Position numbers and translations under genes: made by a program
Notes under the pieces: model-generated
Seen by the model: only the letters and a program-made list of their open reading frames with translations
Database searches by the model: none
Told to the model about the DNA's origin: nothing
Source: a virus
Strand: one strand, 5' to 3'
IMG/VR virus record: IMGVR_UViG_3300037089_000424
Length of the DNA: 64,000 nucleotides
Shown here: in pieces, positions 44,310 to 54,213 of the stretch
Layout: each line of letters begins with the position of its first letter
Position numbering within the stretch: position 1 is the first letter of the stretch

Positions 44310-44876
44310 TTAACTGATAGGCATCACGAACACATCGAATTCTCCAAGCTGATTTCCAGGCGCATTGGTTGACATGTGTTTGAACTCGAACGTCGCGTCC
44401 ATGATTGTCTCGCGTTGCTCTGGGAAGGGCAGACGCAGTTCCAAAGGAGGATACACCGAATATCCCGTCACAGCGATGTATCCTTGCTCAGGCGTGGGGT
44501 GCTCGAATCTGAAATTAGAGAACGGCATGTTCGAGCTTCCACCAAAGGTCTGCACATAGAGAGTTCCGCCGCCAGATGCAGAACCCTGAACAGTGACGGC
44601 TCCGTTTGTGAAGTTCCGGAAATAGAGGGCGAGGCTTGTCGCCTGGATTTCCAGCAAAGGAGTCACAACATTGCAAGTCTCTTCCAAAGTGAAACGACGG
44701 AGCAGGATCAAAGGATTACCACCCTTAACATCGTACGGACGCATTGTGTAGTTGAATGATGCGTCCCCTTTGACCTGGCCGAGATTAACCAATGGGTTCC
44801 CATAGAGTACAAGACCATTGCCGAGAAGGATATTTCTCTCGTCAATGAGTTGTAACAGTCCACTTGTTTGTGGCAT
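44310..44876 (-). CDS. major tail (tube) protein
   Basis: NLGQVKGDASFNY...TPLLEI...L gene order and size (188 aa). Confidence 0.8.
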   Translation of the reverse strand: MPQTSGLLQLIDERNILLGNGLVLYGNPLVNLGQVKGDASFNYTMRPYDVKGGNPLILLRRFTLEETCNVVTPLLEIQATSLALYFRNFTNGAVTVQGSASGGGTLYVQTFGGSSNMPFSNFRFEHPTPEQGYIAVTGYSVYPPLELRLPFPEQRETIMDATFEFKHMSTNAPGNQLGEFDVFVMPIS

Positions 44877-44889
44877 TGAATTCTCCTCC

Positions 44890-45372
44890 TTAGTACCAAC
44901 TCTGGCTGATTGCTTCCACTCTGAACGTCACGGGCAAGTGGTAAGTCTTGCTCGTTTCTTCAAAGACCGGGCCAGGATTCTCTATCTCGTAAGAACGCTG
45001 GATAGCCACACCGTCTCCAGACCAGTTCGTGTTCTGGAATCCAGCAAAGACATATTGATAGATAAGCCCAACCAATTTCCTTGCGTCCACAGGCTTGATC
45101 TTAGCACTGCCAACCCAGATATCAATTCGCAGACTGAGATGCCTATAGACGTTGACCATGTTGTCTGGAGAACCCTCCGAGTAAACACAAATCACAGGAA
45201 AAACCGGAGATGCACCTTGCTCTGGCAAAGTTCCCATCACCATATTCGGAACTGTCAACCCAGTGTAGGGATCCGGAATCTTCGCAAACATATTCTGGAT
45301 AGCAGCCGGCAACGAGTTGTAAACGTCCGTCCTAAGCACGTTCAGCGCCAATCTTGTCACTTTCTCACTCAT
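44890..45372 (-). CDS. tail terminator / completion protein
   Basis: FPVICVYSEG...LRIDIW...YHLPVTFRVE; position before the tube gene. Confidence 0.7.
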   Translation of the reverse strand: MSEKVTRLALNVLRTDVYNSLPAAIQNMFAKIPDPYTGLTVPNMVMGTLPEQGASPVFPVICVYSEGSPDNMVNVYRHLSLRIDIWVGSAKIKPVDARKLVGLIYQYVFAGFQNTNWSGDGVAIQRSYEIENPGPVFEETSKTYHLPVTFRVEAISQSWY

Positions 45373-45381
45373 TGCCCACTC

Positions 45382-45876
45382 CTACCTCTCAACAGTGTGA
45401 ATACGATGCTTGATGCCACGCAACAAGAGCACAAGAGGATTCCACATCACAGATCTGATCTGCTCATAAGCCTTCTCATGAAACCTTCTTGGCCGCATCA
45501 TTGTTGTTCCCCAAATCAAGTGCCGCATTTCCGGAGCATCGCTTACAGCATAGACTGTGAACCTTCTGGAAGTTGTCTCCTCTACAGGACTGAGTTTGAT
45601 ACTCTTCCGTAATCTACCTGATTGGATATGTACATCTCTGTCATCAGAATGGACCCTCTTCCCGCCGCCTTTTCTGGCATACGGATGGCCCAGACGCCTC
45701 AATTCTGCGAGCGTGTGATCGTCTAGGCTGATCACCGACTTCACCTGCTTGATGTAGTCCTTGCCAGTTGCATCCAGACCCTTTAGGATAGCAGCGCGAA
45801 CCAGATTTCCCACGCTGCCAGATCGGATCACGAGTTGGTAGCCAGCGCCTGTAACATCTCTGTCTTGAAGTGCCAT
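45382..45876 (-). CDS. HK97-gp10-like neck/tail completion protein
   Basis: VHIQSGRLRKSI...HLIWGTTMMRPRRF. Confidence 0.7.
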   Translation of the reverse strand: MALQDRDVTGAGYQLVIRSGSVGNLVRAAILKGLDATGKDYIKQVKSVISLDDHTLAELRRLGHPYARKGGGKRVHSDDRDVHIQSGRLRKSIKLSPVEETTSRRFTVYAVSDAPEMRHLIWGTTMMRPRRFHEKAYEQIRSVMWNPLVLLLRGIKHRIHTVER

Positions 45877-46358
45877 TATTGGCCGGCTCCTTGCTCAGTT
45901 CCAGCACGATCGGACCGCCTGAGCGTCGTTCTATAGAATATGATTGGGCTCTGCATTCCCGCTTGAACAGGCTCCAATTGGTCAGCTACAGACCAGAGCT
46001 TTCCGTTCCAAACGATTTCATCGCCAGCATATTCTGGAATCACAGTTCCGTCTGACAGGGTATATGCTGACGAATATCCTTGAATAATGAAAGAGCTAGC
46101 AACATCGAGATCTCCAGTCGTAAAGTAGCCACCTTTGACAGTGTCGAATACTTTGATTTGAGAGAGCCAAACATGACCTGTTCTCACAGCATATCTAGGA
46201 GTCCGAATCATCTCATCAATATTTGCGCTGGACCCAAGAGTGCTATAGCCTGTGAATTTGCGAAACAACACCTGACGATGAAGATAGCTGCCCGCCGCCA
46301 GGAATGAATCCCGCACCAAATTCGAGTCCGAAGCAGTCCAGATATTATCAAGCGACAC
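45876..46358 (-). CDS. head closure / stopper protein
   Basis: GDEIVWNGKLWSV; gene order. Confidence 0.65.
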   Translation of the reverse strand: MSLDNIWTASDSNLVRDSFLAAGSYLHRQVLFRKFTGYSTLGSSANIDEMIRTPRYAVRTGHVWLSQIKVFDTVKGGYFTTGDLDVASSFIIQGYSSAYTLSDGTVIPEYAGDEIVWNGKLWSVADQLEPVQAGMQSPIIFYRTTLRRSDRAGTEQGAGQ

Positions 46359-46364
46359 AGTCTT

Positions 46365-47060
46365 CTACCTCACTGGTATGTAAGTCGACAGTGGCCACCC
46401 TCTCGATGAGATTGCTGGGCGATACTGCCGGCCAAGCCCTTTGAAAAAATCATCTCTCGTAGCCAATCCAACTTTGTGAAGTCGCTCTGCAATGTCATTA
46501 TAGCGCTCTGCCATTGAGGATGGACTGAAAGTGTGATCTCCTGCCTCTGTGTCATATTTGGTTGCAAATCTGGTCCCGAGAGCTTCGGCAACATGATAGC
46601 CGCCAAGGTGCTCAATAGCACTGATCAGAGCATCTGGAATATCGGTAGGAATCGTTGCTGGCTTAGATGTCCCTGTGACACTGTCGAATGAGGTGTAATA
46701 TGCAGAGAAGCCACACTCCCGCGCAGCGCACATTAAGTGGCCATCCATCTCGATGTCATCCATCCAAACAAAACTGCATGTGGCAGAGAGCGAGTCCGTA
46801 TCCACAGGCGCTGTCTTGAACTGAATGATCCCTGTCTTTGCGTTCACAACAGTAAAGTTAGAGGGGTCGACGGGACTGTCATTTACAACTGGGATGATGG
46901 ATGCTGCGATCAGTCGCGGCTGCGGGATCTGGAAAATCGTGTTCACTCCATCGAGATTCCCCAAGAGCGGAGAATACGCGAAGAGGGTCTTTCCATCCAC
47001 AGTATCATCGATCAAGATCCTTCCGGAGGTGATCATATCCTGTTGGCCTATCTGAGACAT
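46365..47060 (-). CDS. head-tail adaptor protein with inserted beta domain
   Basis: RILIDD...SPSSMAERYNDIAERL; gene order. Confidence 0.6.
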   Translation of the reverse strand: MSQIGQQDMITSGRILIDDTVDGKTLFAYSPLLGNLDGVNTIFQIPQPRLIAASIIPVVNDSPVDPSNFTVVNAKTGIIQFKTAPVDTDSLSATCSFVWMDDIEMDGHLMCAARECGFSAYYTSFDSVTGTSKPATIPTDIPDALISAIEHLGGYHVAEALGTRFATKYDTEAGDHTFSPSSMAERYNDIAERLHKVGLATRDDFFKGLGRQYRPAISSRGWPLSTYIPVR

Positions 47061-47070
47061 CAGAGCCCTC

Positions 47071-47286
47071 CTATAGAGATGACACTACGATCGCGTAAGT
47101 CGAAGTCACCACGCCACCGATGGTCACATTCTGGCCAGTTGGATGAATTTTGAGCCGCAGACCCTGCCATTCAAGTGTCTGATCTCCAACACCTGTGCTA
47201 GTTGTAACAACTGGAGAAAATGTTTCATCTCCATTGTCATGAGCCAGAATCCGATAGCCTTGTATTTCGAATGATGAATCCATCAA
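47071..47286 (-). CDS. small virion-module protein
   Basis: GYRILAHDNGDETF...GLRLKIH; related to 47298..47483. Confidence 0.6.
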   Translation of the reverse strand: MMDSSFEIQGYRILAHDNGDETFSPVVTTSTGVGDQTLEWQGLRLKIHPTGQNVTIGGVVTSTYAIVVSSL

Positions 47287-47297
47287 TGCCCTCCTAT

Positions 47298-47483
47298 CTA
47301 AAAATCTCTCCCACCGGCTGCTAGCACAAAGTCATTGGTACTGCCCAGAGTCGTATCTGTGTTCACTGTGTTGACGTTCATAGCAATCCCTCCCAGAGTA
47401 AAGATGCCAAACAGAAAAGTTCCATCTCCATTGTCTATAGTTTTGAGACGAAGTCCTTCAGCTTCTATCGAGGAGTTAGACAT
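47298..47483 (-). CDS. small virion-module protein
   Basis: GLRLKTIDNGDGTF; ATG 47483 behind GGAGGA. Confidence 0.55.
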   Translation of the reverse strand: MSNSSIEAEGLRLKTIDNGDGTFLFGIFTLGGIAMNVNTVNTDTTLGSTNDFVLAAGGRDF

Positions 47484-47531
47484 CCTATCCTCCAGCACGC
47501 TTTGTTATTCGGACTATCGCAGCCAATGATT

Positions 47532-47855
47532 TCATTGACGCCTCTCCTCTAGACCTTTACAAAGCCTCATCTGCTCAAACAACAATTGGTTCTGATTGTC
47601 TATGATCTTCTCCAGCGACCTTGCCTGAACCCTTAGTGTTTCAGCTTGCGCCTCGAACAGAGGTTTCAGAGACCTGCTAATCCCATCTGCTATGGCATTT
47701 GTCAATCTGCTTTCCCAAAGTTCAACTTGCGTACTCATAGGACACTGCGCAGCAGTAGTCACACCATTTTTCCGGGCCTTTAGAAATGCGAACATCTGAG
47801 CTAGGGCGAGGAGCACGAGCGCGCCCCCAATCCCAAGTTGTCCAAAAGTATCCAT
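47532..47855 (-). CDS. membrane-anchored coiled-coil protein (holin-like)
   Basis: N-terminal TM GIGGALVLLALAQMFAFL followed by heptads. Confidence 0.55.
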   Translation of the reverse strand: MDTFGQLGIGGALVLLALAQMFAFLKARKNGVTTAAQCPMSTQVELWESRLTNAIADGISRSLKPLFEAQAETLRVQARSLEKIIDNQNQLLFEQMRLCKGLEERRQ

Positions 47856-47877
47856 TAGGCTTGCCCTCCATCTAGAG

Positions 47878-49086
47878 TTACCCTGCCAGAGCAGACCGTA
47901 TCTCCGCTGCGACTACTTCTGGTGCCAACTGATCCATACAAGGAGAATATTGGCCTTTTCCGTGGCACCCACTCACGTCGATGAAACATCCCACACTGCA
48001 AGATTTCTGCCCGTCCGGAAGCAGGCCAGTCACATAGGGAACACGCAGGCCACGAGCGTGCGGTTGGAAGTGAGCCAAAAATGGGAATGGCTCGTGTGGC
48101 CCATACAAAGAGATTGCTTTCTTCCCTTGTGACAAGCGAACATAGAGAAGCCCTGTGTCAGAAGAGCAAAATAGGTCGGATTCTATCGCTACTGCAGCAG
48201 AATATCTAAGCTTGAAGGCTCCAGAACAGTCAGTCACTTTGCTGCCAAGTTCGCCCCAAGCAGCTGGATCAAATCTGTGATCTAGAATGATCCAATGGTA
48301 AGGCTCATTTTCCAGGATCTTTATCACCTTGCGCCAATGCGGATAGTCTTTGTACACAGTAGACGTGTGTGGTACCAAGGCAATTGGCTTGAGTCCTGCA
48401 TTCCGGACTCCTTGCATGAGTTTTCTAGCGAAGTCTAACTCCTCTTGATGAGGATAGTAATAGACTGTTCTGTTAGGCATCGACTCTGGATCCAAATATG
48501 CGTGTTTACAATACAAGTCTAGCGCCACAAGACGATAGCGATTGATCACCGAATTGCTGGCCTGCTCCATGAACTCTTTCTCGTCGCGATTCAGTTCGCT
48601 GATAGGCTTGTCTGACAGCTTGATCAAGAACTCGTTGAAATATGGCTTCGTCCGCAAATGAATCTTGTAGTCGAAGCCTCCTTTCAGTGGCACGTCGTAA
48701 TCCAGCCAATACCACTCAATGAGTGGATCATACATCTCGAATAGCCTATCCACGTCGTTCCAATGCCAGAGATCGTCTATATCCGGATTCCCTTCGAGAA
48801 TATCGGGGTGATGGCAAACCACAGAGATTTTGACGGTCGGGAACTTCCTTCGTATTTCACGAAGAACTGGTGTCAGATACAACAAATCTCCGATTCCCCA
48901 TGTGTGCTTGACAATCAAGTGCTTGTCATTCAGATCCACATCACCTCTATAGGGTACACGCCTACGCAAGCGATTCTGATACTCGTCCCAATCATACACT
49001 TTCACTTTTTGGCCAAGCGTATTGGTAATGTATTCAGGCTTGGGCTGAGTGACAGCGAATGTGAGTGTCTCGTTTTCGGCCGGCAT
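47878..49086 (-). CDS. GT9 (heptosyltransferase-like) glycosyltransferase
   Basis: GIGDLLYLTPVLREIRRKFP...ILEGNPDID; SDLFCSSDTGLLY...AISLYGP. Confidence 0.88.
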   Translation of the reverse strand: MPAENETLTFAVTQPKPEYITNTLGQKVKVYDWDEYQNRLRRRVPYRGDVDLNDKHLIVKHTWGIGDLLYLTPVLREIRRKFPTVKISVVCHHPDILEGNPDIDDLWHWNDVDRLFEMYDPLIEWYWLDYDVPLKGGFDYKIHLRTKPYFNEFLIKLSDKPISELNRDEKEFMEQASNSVINRYRLVALDLYCKHAYLDPESMPNRTVYYYPHQEELDFARKLMQGVRNAGLKPIALVPHTSTVYKDYPHWRKVIKILENEPYHWIILDHRFDPAAWGELGSKVTDCSGAFKLRYSAAVAIESDLFCSSDTGLLYVRLSQGKKAISLYGPHEPFPFLAHFQPHARGLRVPYVTGLLPDGQKSCSVGCFIDVSGCHGKGQYSPCMDQLAPEVVAAEIRSALAG

Positions 49087-49107
49087 GAATTTCTCTCTCC
49101 TTTTCAG

Positions 49108-49791
49108 TTATGGGTGCCGCACGTTCACCTTCGGGTCAACCCAGAGTTTGTACCCATGCGACCGCATGCTGTCGCAGAAGCTGAGAACTTCCCGCTCGGG
49201 AGGCTCAAATTTACAAACTCTCGCCACATCGCCTCGCACTACGAAACAAGAGCCTGCGTAATCCATTGGATACATGCCATTTGGCGATGGTGTCTTGAAC
49301 ATTGGATGGAATGGCGGTGGGTCGCGAAATCCAATGCCACCAGAACTGTATGCCCATGTGTCGTAGAACATGTGTTCACGATTATCACACAAGCAGAGTG
49401 GAACCACAGCATCGACTTCTTGGAGTCTGTCCAAGAGCCGTATCATAGTCCCAGGTTCCCAAACCAGATCGCTTTCAACATAAATCAATGCTTCGTGAAG
49501 AGATGTGATCTGATCCAGAATACCACTATCTGCGTAGGACTTCTGTCTCTCTCGTTGTTCAATGCACGGACTCCCAGAACCAAATATGGGGCCACCATGC
49601 GCACGCTTCACAACTTGCCCAGGAAATGCTTCGTTCAGCAGATCCCATGTATTGTCAGTGGAATCTCCTTCGACTAAAGCAGCGTCAAAGGAATGCTGAG
49701 GAGCAGCCTGAACCAAGCTTTGGAACAAAGTGACATATCTCTTTACGTACCCTGCAGAGTTGCAGAACACAGATCCAACTGCTACTCGCAT
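49108..49791 (-). CDS. GT-A fold glycosyltransferase (GT2/Anp1-like)
   Basis: LVEGDSTDNTW, LIYVESDL, FYDTWAY, GSCFVV, VDPKVNVRH. Confidence 0.75.
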   Translation of the reverse strand: MRVAVGSVFCNSAGYVKRYVTLFQSLVQAAPQHSFDAALVEGDSTDNTWDLLNEAFPGQVVKRAHGGPIFGSGSPCIEQRERQKSYADSGILDQITSLHEALIYVESDLVWEPGTMIRLLDRLQEVDAVVPLCLCDNREHMFYDTWAYSSGGIGFRDPPPFHPMFKTPSPNGMYPMDYAGSCFVVRGDVARVCKFEPPEREVLSFCDSMRSHGYKLWVDPKVNVRHP

Positions 49792-49806
49792 TGTTATCCT
49801 CCTTTA

Positions 49807-50727
49807 TCATCTAGCACTCCGTAACTGCCAATCGTCGCACTGCAAACGTTGCAAGAGTTCGCGCGCCACTTCACTGTTTCCCAAATAACGAGGAGCATAC
49901 CCATGAGGAAAAGCTGAGGCCATATCCGTCCCCGAAATTTTGCAAGCAGATATGCGATAGCTCGACAATTCTGGATTCAAAACTTTGGTCCATGCTGACA
50001 AGGCAGAGAAATTTGCCAAGCAGTATTGACAACGGGACAATGTAACACAATCGCGGATCGCCTCGTAGGAGAAGATTAGATTCTGGGAAACGTCATGGTT
50101 CAGATATAATTGCGCCCCATCTTTGGAGCGAGCATGATAGTGCATAAGCACTTCCACACGACCATTAGCAAATTCCTTTAGACGATCCATGAATCGAGAT
50201 TCGTCAGAAGCAGCAAAGATACATTTGATGTCCGGGTGTCCCTTCAAGAAATCATCAAGAATGAGCAAAAATTCATCTACAGTAACTGGAGTTGATTCAC
50301 AATGTACACTAAATTGATCAGTTCCTCTATAATGTACACCGAGCGTACCAAGACCGAGATGATTTTGTTGGCAGAACTCATCCACACCATCCACAACAAC
50401 GGGTGCCAAACGGAAGTAAGACGTCCAATATTTGTTTGCTAGACGAAAATCACCACAGAAATGGCGGCCTGCACCGTCCTTGGGATTGAAACGCCAGTGT
50501 AATTCTTCAAGCGAAATGCGTCCTACAGGTTCCGACTCTGGCGCATAGACTGTCTGAAGAACACTAGGAAAGATGTTATAGTCTGGAGGTTCCCCGTATG
50601 ATCGTGATTTTATGTTCCAGACAGCCCTATTCCAACCCTGGCTGTCACAATAAGGCAGTATGTCCAGAATCCAAGAAAATATCTGACCGAACAGCCCAAA
50701 TCCCATGTAATCGCTTTCAATGAACAT
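49807..50727 (-). CDS. NodZ/GT23-like (fucosyltransferase-type GT-B) protein
   Basis: LGVHYRGTD, IFAASDE, DCVTLSRCQYCLANFSALS. Confidence 0.7.
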   Translation of the reverse strand: MFIESDYMGFGLFGQIFSWILDILPYCDSQGWNRAVWNIKSRSYGEPPDYNIFPSVLQTVYAPESEPVGRISLEELHWRFNPKDGAGRHFCGDFRLANKYWTSYFRLAPVVVDGVDEFCQQNHLGLGTLGVHYRGTDQFSVHCESTPVTVDEFLLILDDFLKGHPDIKCIFAASDESRFMDRLKEFANGRVEVLMHYHARSKDGAQLYLNHDVSQNLIFSYEAIRDCVTLSRCQYCLANFSALSAWTKVLNPELSSYRISACKISGTDMASAFPHGYAPRYLGNSEVARELLQRLQCDDWQLRSAR

Positions 50728-50742
50728 CGGGTCCTCCTCAAA

Positions 50743-51402
50743 TCACTTCACAAAAATCCCCACTCCATTATAAACGTGCAATGGAGCGTAGTGGTATCCA
50801 TATGTTTCGGCGAATCTGTCAGCAGCTTGCTTGATCTGACTGCCGAGATCAATGTCATCCAGAAATATCACTTGAGATCCCACCGTATAGCTCCGTATCA
50901 AATCATTCAGACAACCCTCTTCGCTGTGGTCCCCATCGACGATCGTCATTATAGATTTCCCAGCATATTGATTAGAGATAGAATGGCCATGTTCAGCGAA
51001 GAAATCTTGGCTTTTCATGCCAAAGAAACGGAAGATGTTGGGATACCATTCGTTCAACAAGGCGATTCCTAGAGGTCCATTAACGTAACCTTGCGGGACA
51101 GGGTCAACACTCATAAATAATGGCGAAACAGCTTGAGGACGATGTGCGTCAATGTAGGCTAAAAAGGGCTTGTCAGGATTGTGACACTGATCTTCAAACT
51201 GACCAAACCCATCGGCGAGGGCTTCGAGAACGAAAAGCGCCGACTTTCCCCACAAATGTCCGATTTGAATAGTCAAATCGGGTTTGTAAAACTTGACCAA
51301 GGCGTACAAAAATGAAGCCACCTCGTCCACCATCCAGCCACAATTTGTTGAGGCTCCAGTGACTTCCCGTAGTTTTTGGACGCGTTCTGCAAGTCGGATC
51401 AT
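50743..51402 (-). CDS. class I SAM methyltransferase (Methyltransf_24-like)
   Basis: IQIGHLWGKSA, IVDGDHSEEGCLNDL, IFLDD. Confidence 0.8.
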   Translation of the reverse strand: MIRLAERVQKLREVTGASTNCGWMVDEVASFLYALVKFYKPDLTIQIGHLWGKSALFVLEALADGFGQFEDQCHNPDKPFLAYIDAHRPQAVSPLFMSVDPVPQGYVNGPLGIALLNEWYPNIFRFFGMKSQDFFAEHGHSISNQYAGKSIMTIVDGDHSEEGCLNDLIRSYTVGSQVIFLDDIDLGSQIKQAADRFAETYGYHYAPLHVYNGVGIFVK

Positions 51403-51442
51403 GTTATCGCCTCATCAACAATGTTTTCATAGATTCGCCTTC

Positions 51443-52780
51443 TTAATCACGACATATTGTACGAAATAAGGTCGCGAGTTCACGGTGGGCTTTCAGCAAT
51501 TCCTTCTGGCTAATTGTCGAGAGCTCTAGCGACAGTTCTAACTCATCATCATCGAGAAAGAACTCCCACATATTTTCAAAGTGTAGTTTCGCTTCCTTCA
51601 ACTTCACACCAAAGTGTTCAGGATGATTCCAGACCTCACTACCAGGTAAAGGCTGAAACATATGAACGGCTACACTGTTAGGTCTCACGCGCAGAACCCA
51701 TTCACGCATCTCATCGATGGATTGAAGCGTCTCTCCAGGAAAGCCGATGATCAGGAAAGCATGGGCAGCCATGCCACAGTCCTGCGCCTGCTTGATGGCA
51801 TACTCGTTATCTTGAGGAGTCGTCCGCTTGGTCATCATTCGTAAGACAGACTCCGAAGCATGCTCGACACCGAACTGCAATTCACGGCAGCCCTTTTCCC
51901 GAAAGTGATCGAACAGTTCCTTAGTGCAGAGGTTAGGATTAGCTCTAACTGTAGCACGCCACAGGATTCCGTACTCTGCAGCCAGATCGGCCACCCGCTT
52001 AGATCTTTCCTTCTTCATATTGAAGGTGTCGTCATTGAAACGTATTGCTGTCACTCCTACAGAGGCTAAGACTTTGAATTGCTCCTCAACTTGTTCAAGT
52101 GTATGATCGCGGATTACAGTTCTAGCATCAGCACAAAAGGCGCAATCGTAAGGACACCCTCTAGAGCTCATCAGAAACGCAGTTTTTCTTCCTGTTACAT
52201 TGCCATCATGCCTCAGAGTTAGTTGAGGCAGCCGGCCATCCAACATATCGAAAGCCGGCAAAGGCATTTTGGTAACATCTGGCAAAGTTGGAATAAGAAT
52301 TGTACTCATAGGAATCATTCTTTCTGCTCCTACGTGCCAGACGCCAGGAATTCCATCTGGCCCCCCAACTATAAATCTCGGAAGTGTCTCCTCGCACTCG
52401 CCAATCATCAGATAGTCAAAGCCTTCAAAATACTTGGGCTGTTTATACTGCCCATAAGGACCGTTCATGATATAGGTAGCATGAGAGCCACCAAGAATCT
52501 TCACACGGGCTGGCCAAGCTTTCGCCATTTCCGTTGCCCATTGAATCTGTGGCGTCGTCGAAGAAACACCAAGGAAGTCACACTGTGGCATATTTCCAGG
52601 ATGAACGCACATCCTCTTGTTCACGCTGTCCCACGAAGTGACTTCATGCGCGAACATCAATTTGACTTCGTGTCCCACCTTACGCAGTATCGCAGCAAGG
52701 TAAATGATTCCAAGATTGAAATATGTTCTCGGGTCGTTCAAGAACCATGCTGGACTGTCAATGAGCACAACTTTAGCCAT
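51443..52780 (-). CDS. cobalamin-binding radical SAM protein (class B methyltransferase-like)
   Basis: LGIIYLAAIL, LGVSSTT, ILGGSHAT, GECEE, SRGCPYDCAFC, DDTF, FIIGFPGET-like motif. Confidence 0.92.
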   Translation of the reverse strand: MAKVVLIDSPAWFLNDPRTYFNLGIIYLAAILRKVGHEVKLMFAHEVTSWDSVNKRMCVHPGNMPQCDFLGVSSTTPQIQWATEMAKAWPARVKILGGSHATYIMNGPYGQYKQPKYFEGFDYLMIGECEETLPRFIVGGPDGIPGVWHVGAERMIPMSTILIPTLPDVTKMPLPAFDMLDGRLPQLTLRHDGNVTGRKTAFLMSSRGCPYDCAFCADARTVIRDHTLEQVEEQFKVLASVGVTAIRFNDDTFNMKKERSKRVADLAAEYGILWRATVRANPNLCTKELFDHFREKGCRELQFGVEHASESVLRMMTKRTTPQDNEYAIKQAQDCGMAAHAFLIIGFPGETLQSIDEMREWVLRVRPNSVAVHMFQPLPGSEVWNHPEHFGVKLKEAKLHFENMWEFFLDDDELELSLELSTISQKELLKAHRELATLFRTICRD

Positions 52781-52795
52781 CTCAACCTCTACCTT

Positions 52796-53530
52796 TTATT
52801 CTCCAAAATTCTCAAAGTCCAAAGCGTGGGCAAGAATCTTGGTTTTCTCCAAGTTCCGGATCGGATTGGTAACATAGAAGGATTCGGCCCAATTGAGTTG
52901 CCCTTCACTTTTGATGTCTGTTAACAAACCAGACACGCCACCAACACTGGTATCCGAGAATCGGTCAAATGTATGGCCGAGTTTAGCCGAGTAACGATTC
53001 ATGTCTTGAAAGTCCCAGAACTGAAAACCACGGCTCCGCAAGAAAGCATCCACGTCCCCAAAGAGTGCCTGACCTTCATAGAAGGGATTGAACTCCGTTT
53101 CAACTTCGACCATCAAGACCGATTTCAAGGTTTCTTCAGCACCCTTAAGAACTTCTAATTCTGTACCCTGAGTGTCAATTTTCAAGAGGTCCGCCCCTTG
53201 TGGAAAGTATTCTCGAAAGGAATCGAGGGTGCGGATTTCCACACCTTCAACCTTCCCGACCTCTTGAAAAAGCTGATCGATCAGATGCGCATCGTGGCAA
53301 GGCCGCAAGAAGGAGCTGCAGTCTATGCCAGCAGTCTGGTAAAAGGGCGCGCACCCAGATTTTGCTCCCAGGCCACAAGGCAGATACAAGAACTGAGGGT
53401 AGATACTCTGCAGACGATCGCACTCAGCCTTATCTACATCCCACCCAATAACACGAAGATTGGGAAGTCTAAACCAGCGCGGATAAGGTTGATCTCGACA
53501 GCCTACATCCAAAATTATGAACTCATTCAC
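52796..53530 (-). CDS. FkbM-family methyltransferase
   Basis: ILDVGCR, LLKIDTQGTELEVLKGA, YEGQALFGDVDAFLRSRGF. Confidence 0.9.
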   Translation of the reverse strand: MNEFIILDVGCRDQPYPRWFRLPNLRVIGWDVDKAECDRLQSIYPQFLYLPCGLGAKSGCAPFYQTAGIDCSSFLRPCHDAHLIDQLFQEVGKVEGVEIRTLDSFREYFPQGADLLKIDTQGTELEVLKGAEETLKSVLMVEVETEFNPFYEGQALFGDVDAFLRSRGFQFWDFQDMNRYSAKLGHTFDRFSDTSVGGVSGLLTDIKSEGQLNWAESFYVTNPIRNLEKTKILAHALDFENFGE

Positions 53531-54213
53531 ATTTCCCCCACAAAATCAAGAGAGGTATCACATTCCTGATCGGTATTGTGCATACCACGCACCCCAATCT
53601 GCTGGATATAACTCTTCTGCGTTACCCAACGGTCCCCTATGCGCTCTCTACTGTGTAGAATATCAAGCGAGATCCCAACAGGGAACTTGCGATAGTCGAA
53701 ATTCCAGTCTTTCCATTCCTCCCATGTAATCGCTCCAGGTCCGCTGATTGAGGTGACTAACATGTCAACACCCTCAGACTGCAACGTCCTGTGATGCTTC
53801 GTGTTTCCCGAACGATAAACGGACCAGCTTTTAGCATCTGGATGACGGAGGATCAAAGCTCGAAGTTCAGAGAGCCATACTGGATTATAGATGAAGTCGT
53901 CAGCCAAGAAGCACCCATGTGTGATTTCAGGGAACATTCGGAACAAAGAATCAAAACCATATGTCACAGCGGCATCAATATTTGCGGCGTCATACGGCTG
54001 TTGAATGATGACACGGCCAAACCCTGGAAAATCCTCTTGGCTCTCTAAACCTTCAGCATCGAAATGTTCAGACTTAGCAACAAAAAGTAGGATGGGCATA
54101 TGGTCAATCGCCTGTGTCTTTCGCAATGAGGCAAAGGAACGCTTTGCCCATGCTACCCGCTCAGGGTTGTAGAGATATATAGGAAGAACGAATCCGAACT
54201 TGATGTCACTCAT
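53527..54213 (-). CDS. GT-A (GT2-like) glycosyltransferase
   Basis: FVLPIY, CFLADDFIYNPVWL, SYIQQIG; ATG 54213. Confidence 0.7.
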   Translation of the reverse strand: MSDIKFGFVLPIYLYNPERVAWAKRSFASLRKTQAIDHMPILLFVAKSEHFDAEGLESQEDFPGFGRVIIQQPYDAANIDAAVTYGFDSLFRMFPEITHGCFLADDFIYNPVWLSELRALILRHPDAKSWSVYRSGNTKHHRTLQSEGVDMLVTSISGPGAITWEEWKDWNFDYRKFPVGISLDILHSRERIGDRWVTQKSYIQQIGVRGMHNTDQECDTSLDFVGEM

